Shown piece by piece: positions 52,475 through 56,704 of a DNA stretch of 56,704 bases (position 1 is the stretch's first letter; each line of letters starts with the position of its first letter). Both the position numbers and the translations under genes were made by a program. The notes under the pieces are model-generated. The model ran no database searches, had not been told where the DNA came from, and saw only the letters and a list, made by a program, of their open reading frames with translations. The stretch comes from Acidiferrobacteraceae bacterium. GTDB lineage: Bacteria; Pseudomonadota; Gammaproteobacteria; Acidiferrobacterales; JAJDNE01. The DNA is taken from NCBI GenBank assembly GCA_037388825.1, contig JARRJV010000010.1, positions 1-56,704 of the forward strand, written 5' to 3'.

Positions 52475-53614
52475 ATGCAGCTGACTGTCACCTCCAGCCT
52501 GGATTCCGTCGATTCCGCACAGTGGAATGCCTGCACCGGGGGCAATTCTTTCCTGCGCCATGAATTCCTGTCCGCCCTGGAACACAGCGGATGTGTCGGA
52601 GCCGGCAGTGGCTGGGAGCCACGCCACCTGGTGCTGCTGTCCGACGACAACGGCGACCGCAGACTGCTGGGCGCGGTGCCCATGTATCTAAAGACACATT
52701 CCTACGGCGAATACGTATTTGACTGGGCCTGGGCCGACGCCTATGAGCGCTCGGGACTTCACTACTACCCGAAACTGGTCGTGGCCGTGCCTTTCACACC
52801 AGCGACGGGGCCCAGGATTCTGGTTGCCCCGGACCAGGACCATGCGCGGATCGGATCGGCCCTGGTGGACGGCGCATTGACCGTCGCGCAGGAAACCGGC
52901 GCTTCCTCATTGCACTGGCTGTTCACGAACGAAAGGGATACGGGCCTGTTGGAAGGCAAGGGCCTGTTGCGGCGCACCGGCATGCAGTTTCACTGGCACA
53001 ATCGTGACTACCGGGACTTCGACGATTTCCTTTCCGGTTTCTCCGCCGCCAAACGCAAGAAGGTGAAACGCGAACGGCGCTATGTACGCGAGGCCGGCAT
53101 CGTGCTGGAACGGATCTCCGGGAACGAGGCCACCGATGCGCATTGGGAGCGATTCCATCGTTTCTACCTGAACACAATACGCTCCCGTGGCGCCATGCCC
53201 TATCTCAATCTGGAGTTCTTTCGCGAACTTGGCCGCACCATGCCGGATCAGGTGCTGTTGATTCTTGCCCGCTACGAGGATCGGCATGTGGCGGGTGCCT
53301 TGTTCCTGCGTGGAAGCGATACCCTGTACGGGCGCTACTGGGGTTCCAGTGAGGAGTTTCACAGTCTGCACTTTGAGACCTGCTATTATGACCCCATAGC
53401 CTACTGCATCGAACAAGGCATCCAACGCTTCGAAGCGGGCGCACAGGGCGAACACAAACTCAGCCGCGGCTTCCTGCCCACGCCAACGTGGTCCGTGCAC
53501 TGGCTGGCGCATCCCGAGTTCGAGCGGGCCGTTTCCGATTATCTCGCCCGGGAACGCATCGGCATGGAACATTATATGGATGATCTCAACGAACACTCGC
53601 CCTATCGTGGCTAG
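52475..53614 (+). CDS. DUF482 / FemAB-like tandem GNAT protein
   Basis: FLRHEFLSALE, YLKTHSYGEYVFDWAWA, YYPKL..AVPFTP, LYGRYWG, LHFETCYY, FEAGAQGEHKLSRGF. Confidence 0.92.
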   Translation: MQLTVTSSLDSVDSAQWNACTGGNSFLRHEFLSALEHSGCVGAGSGWEPRHLVLLSDDNGDRRLLGAVPMYLKTHSYGEYVFDWAWADAYERSGLHYYPKLVVAVPFTPATGPRILVAPDQDHARIGSALVDGALTVAQETGASSLHWLFTNERDTGLLEGKGLLRRTGMQFHWHNRDYRDFDDFLSGFSAAKRKKVKRERRYVREAGIVLERISGNEATDAHWERFHRFYLNTIRSRGAMPYLNLEFFRELGRTMPDQVLLILARYEDRHVAGALFLRGSDTLYGRYWGSSEEFHSLHFETCYYDPIAYCIEQGIQRFEAGAQGEHKLSRGFLPTPTWSVHWLAHPEFERAVSDYLARERIGMEHYMDDLNEHSPYRG

Positions 53615-53631
53615 CTACGCGGAGTCCTGGC

Positions 53632-54354
53632 GTGTTTCTTTTATCGCTTGATAACGACGAGCTCCGCTTCCCGCCGGTTGACCTGGCTTCTCCGGAGGGT
53701 TTGCTGGCCGTCGGCGGGGACCTGCGCAGCGAGCGCCTGTTGACTGCGTATCGCCACGGCATCTTTCCCTGGTACAGCGACGACCAGCCCATTCTCTGGT
53801 GGTCCCCCGATCCGCGGGCCGTGTTCTTCCCGGACCGGATTCACATCTCCCGCAGCCTGCGCAAGACCCTGCGCCGCGGGCGTTTTACCATCACCATGGA
53901 TACATCTTTCAAAGACGTGATTTCGGCCTGTGCCGAAACCGGGCTGCGTCGCGGTGCAAAGGGCACGTGGATTACAACGGAAATGCAGCAGGCCTATATC
54001 GATCTGCACCGCAAGGGATATGCACACTCGGTTGAAGTCTGGGAAAACGGTGAACTGGCAGGCGGCCTGTACGGCCTGTCACTGGGCCGGGCCTTTTTCG
54101 GCGAATCCATGTTTCATCGGCGCACCGATGCCTCCAAGGTCGCGCTCGTGGCACTGTCACGGCAGGCGCAGGCGTGGGGATTTCTGTTCATCGATGCCCA
54201 GGTCAGCTCGGACCACATTCTTCGCCTGGGCGCGGTGGAGATTCGACGAACCCGGTTCATGGAGTTGTTGGCCCGGGCCCTGGAGTCGCCGACGCGGATC
54301 GGCCCCTGGACCCTGGATGAGAGACTCATGGACCGCACCAGGGGCAAGCAATGA
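53632..54354 (+). CDS. aat: Leucyl/phenylalanyl-tRNA--protein transferase
   Basis: GLLAVGGDL, AYRHGIFPW, WWSPDPRAV, GTWIT, AHSVEVW, GESMF, ASKVAL. Confidence 0.97.
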   Translation: MFLLSLDNDELRFPPVDLASPEGLLAVGGDLRSERLLTAYRHGIFPWYSDDQPILWWSPDPRAVFFPDRIHISRSLRKTLRRGRFTITMDTSFKDVISACAETGLRRGAKGTWITTEMQQAYIDLHRKGYAHSVEVWENGELAGGLYGLSLGRAFFGESMFHRRTDASKVALVALSRQAQAWGFLFIDAQVSSDHILRLGAVEIRRTRFMELLARALESPTRIGPWTLDERLMDRTRGKQ

Positions 54355-55085
54355 CGGTCTCGCAGAAGATCCCGGATCTCTATCTGTCCATGCCCCACGA
54401 GTGTGGATACCTGGACGATCGTATCGCCACCACGCTCTTCGTCGATCCCCACGTCCCCCTTTCCCGCCGGCAGTACACGGAGTTGGTGAAGACGGGCTTT
54501 CGCCGCAGCGGCGGCCTCGTGTACCGGCCTCACTGCCAGGGATGCAACGCCTGTGTCCCGGTACGCATCCCGGTCCATCGCTTTGCCCCGTCACGGGCAC
54601 AGCGCCGAAACCGGAAACGCAATTCCGACCTGATTGTCCAGACGGTGGAAGGCGGATATCGGGAGTCTCACTTTGACCTGTACTGCCGTTACCAGAGTTC
54701 CCGGCACCGTGGCGGCAGCATGGACGTCGGCGATCCACTGCAATATCGGGACTTTCTTTTCAGCAGTGATTTTGAGACCCAGGTGTTTGAATTTCGTCCC
54801 CGCGAAGACCCCGACCGACTGATCGCCGTGGCCATCGCCGATCGGCTCGACGACGGGCTCTCGGCGGTATACACGTTTTTCGACCCGGACGAACAGCACC
54901 GGGGTCCCGGGGTGTACGGGATCCTGTGGGAAATTGACGAGGTGCGCCGCCTTGGCCTGCCCTATCTCTATCTCGGCTACTGGATTGGGGAATCACCCAA
55001 GATGAGCTACAAGACCAACTACCATCCCTTGCAGGCCCTTTTGCATGGCGAATGGCGGGATTTTTCGTTTGACGCAAATCCGTAA
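54351..55085 (+). CDS. bpt: Arginyl-tRNA-transferase-like / Asp,Glu-specific leucyltransferase (Bpt, ATE family)
   Basis: HECGYL, GFRRSG..YRPHCQGCNACVPVRI, LSAVYTFFDP, YLYLGYWI, KMSYK. Confidence 0.93.
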   Translation: MTVSQKIPDLYLSMPHECGYLDDRIATTLFVDPHVPLSRRQYTELVKTGFRRSGGLVYRPHCQGCNACVPVRIPVHRFAPSRAQRRNRKRNSDLIVQTVEGGYRESHFDLYCRYQSSRHRGGSMDVGDPLQYRDFLFSSDFETQVFEFRPREDPDRLIAVAIADRLDDGLSAVYTFFDPDEQHRGPGVYGILWEIDEVRRLGLPYLYLGYWIGESPKMSYKTNYHPLQALLHGEWRDFSFDANP

Positions 55086-55147
55086 CAAACCGTGATCTAT
55101 ACTTTGGGTACGCCCAAAACCCGGTCCCCGGGAAAAGGAGTCGCGCA

Positions 55148-55378
55148 ATGCTCAGCCATCTGTACCGGCTCATCCGCGCTTTCGAAACCAGACACGGCTA
55201 TCGCCCCAACATCCTCACCATCCACCCCCGCCACTATTCCGAACTACGCGACAGCCTTCCAGCCTATACCCGCTACCTGGAACTGACCCGCTTTCTGGGC
55301 ATGCGCGTGGTTCTCAGCTCCGACAGCATCCACCCGCATGTGTCGTGGAGCGCGGTCGCGGAACGCGACAGCGCCTGA
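55148..55378 (+). CDS. Small hypothetical protein (76 aa), possible stand-alone HK97 A-domain
   Basis: Strong RBS AAGGAG (55135-55140) and an upstream TATACT -10 candidate (55098-55103); protein-like sequence. Fold call is inference only. Confidence 0.75.
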   Translation: MLSHLYRLIRAFETRHGYRPNILTIHPRHYSELRDSLPAYTRYLELTRFLGMRVVLSSDSIHPHVSWSAVAERDSA

Positions 55379-55433
55379 GCCCCGCCACACCGGGTTTCAC
55401 CACCATCGCCCCGGATTTCCCGGGAATCGGCGC

Positions 55434-55462
55434 TTTACCTCTCCTGACGCATCCGGCATCAT
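55434..55462 (+). promoter_or_regulatory. Candidate sigma-70 promoter of infA
   Basis: TTTACC-N17-CATCAT upstream of infA. Confidence 0.35.
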
Positions 55463-55526
55463 ACGCGCGCAATCGGCCGCGGAAGCGTATTTTGGCCGGA
55501 ATTTAGAGAAATCCAAGAGGAGAAGC

Positions 55527-55745
55527 GTGGCAAAAGAAGACCATATCGAGATGGAAGGGGTCGTAGTCGAGACCCTGCCCAACACCCTGTTTCGCGTCGA
55601 ACTGGAGAACGGCCATGTAGTCACGGCCCACATCTCCGGAAAGATGCGCAAGCACTACATCCGTATTCTCACCGGTGACAAGGTCACCGTGCAGCTCACC
55701 CCCTACGACCTGAGCAAGGGCCGCATCGTCTTCCGCACCCGCTAG
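55527..55745 (+). CDS. infA: Translation initiation factor IF-1
   Basis: GTG start after GAGGAG; [48 protein letters not shown]. Confidence 0.99.
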   Translation: MAKEDHIEMEGVVVETLPNTLFRVELENGHVVTAHISGKMRKHYIRILTGDKVTVQLTPYDLSKGRIVFRTR

Positions 55746-55787
55746 ACCCGCGCCGGTCCTCCCGGTGGCCCCCTAGTCTTCACTGGC

Positions 55788-55814
55788 AAAAAAAGACCCC
55801 GGCGAACCGGGGTC
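55788..55814 (-). terminator. Intrinsic terminator of the porin gene
   Basis: 8-bp stem GACCCCGG/CCGGGGTC with a UUCG loop on the minus strand, followed by T7. Confidence 0.9.
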
Positions 55815-55857
55815 GAGATAGCGTCGTGCAACGCGAACGTTGCAGCGAATCTTGCGG

Positions 55858-56704
55858 CTAGAAGATCGTGGTGATCTGGATGCCGTAGCGGTTCCCGATC
55901 TGAGCCAATCCAGCTACCAGGGGTCCCAGCGGTGCGGAACCGGTGGTCTCGGCCGACCGGATTTCATAGTTCAGGATAATCCGCGACTTCTTGTTCAGGT
56001 GGTACTGCGCACCGATTGTCGTGCGCTTGAATTGCGCCGCGATGGCTGCACTCTCCGTGGACCGGTTGTACACGTCATAGCGCAGATCGGCTTCCCAGTT
56101 GGAGCCCGGGATGTAGTAGCCGACATCGGCATAGTAACCATTGGCTTTGCCGTCCAGGCCCGAACCACCACCGATAGCGAAGTTCGGTTTCTCGGGCCCC
56201 TGGAAGATCATGCCCTTGCCGGCCATATACTCCGCGGTCACACGCCAGTCGCCCCGGCGATAGCGGGTACCGATACCGTAACGGTTGCGATCGTGGACCG
56301 TGGGATTCGCCACGCCATCATCGGTGTTGTCGAGCTGACGCTTGCCGGTCTGACTCCAGACGAAGGTTTTCCATCCCTGCTGGAACGGCCCATGGCCGCC
56401 AAATACCCACTCCGAAGACCAGTAGGCATAGATATCGTGCTGCCCCTCTACAGTTTCCGAGGTGTACGGCTCGAGGCCGGCGCCATTACCGATCATCAGC
56501 GCATAGCTATGCTCCCAATCGCCGGTCTTGAACCAGTCAAATACCTCCAGACCGGTATCACGCGCGGCACCAAAGGACGAATCCCAGGATGCTTCCCCGG
56601 GAAGCGCCAACGGTGGCGGTGCCGGAGAGAGGATGGCACCGGTTTGGTTTATGCCGTTTGAGAACCGCTCCAACATCAGCTGGTTGCCCACCCACGTGAA
56701 GTTG
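55858..56704 (-). CDS. Outer-membrane beta-barrel porin (OprO/OprP-like), 5' part outside window
   Basis: Alternating aromatic beta-strands (DWRVTAEY, GYYADVGY, WEADLRYDVY, TIGAQYHL) and a terminal Phe; frame open to the window edge. Confidence 0.75.
   Translation of the reverse strand, partial: NFTWVGNQLMLERFSNGINQTGAILSPAPPPLALPGEASWDSSFGAARDTGLEVFDWFKTGDWEHSYALMIGNGAGLEPYTSETVEGQHDIYAYWSSEWVFGGHGPFQQGWKTFVWSQTGKRQLDNTDDGVANPTVHDRNRYGIGTRYRRGDWRVTAEYMAGKGMIFQGPEKPNFAIGGGSGLDGKANGYYADVGYYIPGSNWEADLRYDVYNRSTESAAIAAQFKRTTIGAQYHLNKKSRIILNYEIRSAETTGSAPLGPLVAGLAQIGNRYGIQITTIF

Overview
A 56.7 kb, gene-dense, GC-rich chromosomal segment of a gammaproteobacterium. The lineage is inferred from gene content; a secreted DsrE-like protein and the porin type hint at a sulfur oxidizer, but this is unproven. 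Most of it is housekeeping: thyA-folA, leuCDB-asd-fimV with a divergent LysR, aroC, lemA-TPM-TPM, metH, an M16C peptidase, yajQ, clpB-degP/Q, nhaD-alsT-nadC, def, rluD-pgeF/bamD, sucCD-nadE-glnB, aat-bpt, infA and a partial porin. I saw no rRNA, tRNA, CRISPR array, integrase or transposase. The most notable observations are: (1) a 76-aa ORF behind a DUF482-aat-bpt aminoacyl-transferase cluster whose pattern resembles a stand-alone HK97 A-domain (DUF1884 / family-4 encapsulin-like); (2) a divergent egtD / egtC-egtB ergothioneine-type cluster next to an ArsR-MFS unit; (3) a perfect FNR box at class-II spacing in front of a small acidic protein of unknown function; (4) two apparent deletions, about 17 codons in bamD and one indel that breaks two overlapping convergent genes, either of which may be an assembly error; (5) a sigma32 promoter on clpB and a two-state hairpin over the DUF1614 ribosome-binding site. 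All family calls come from motif recognition by eye and comparisons to homologs are from memory; no database search was run.
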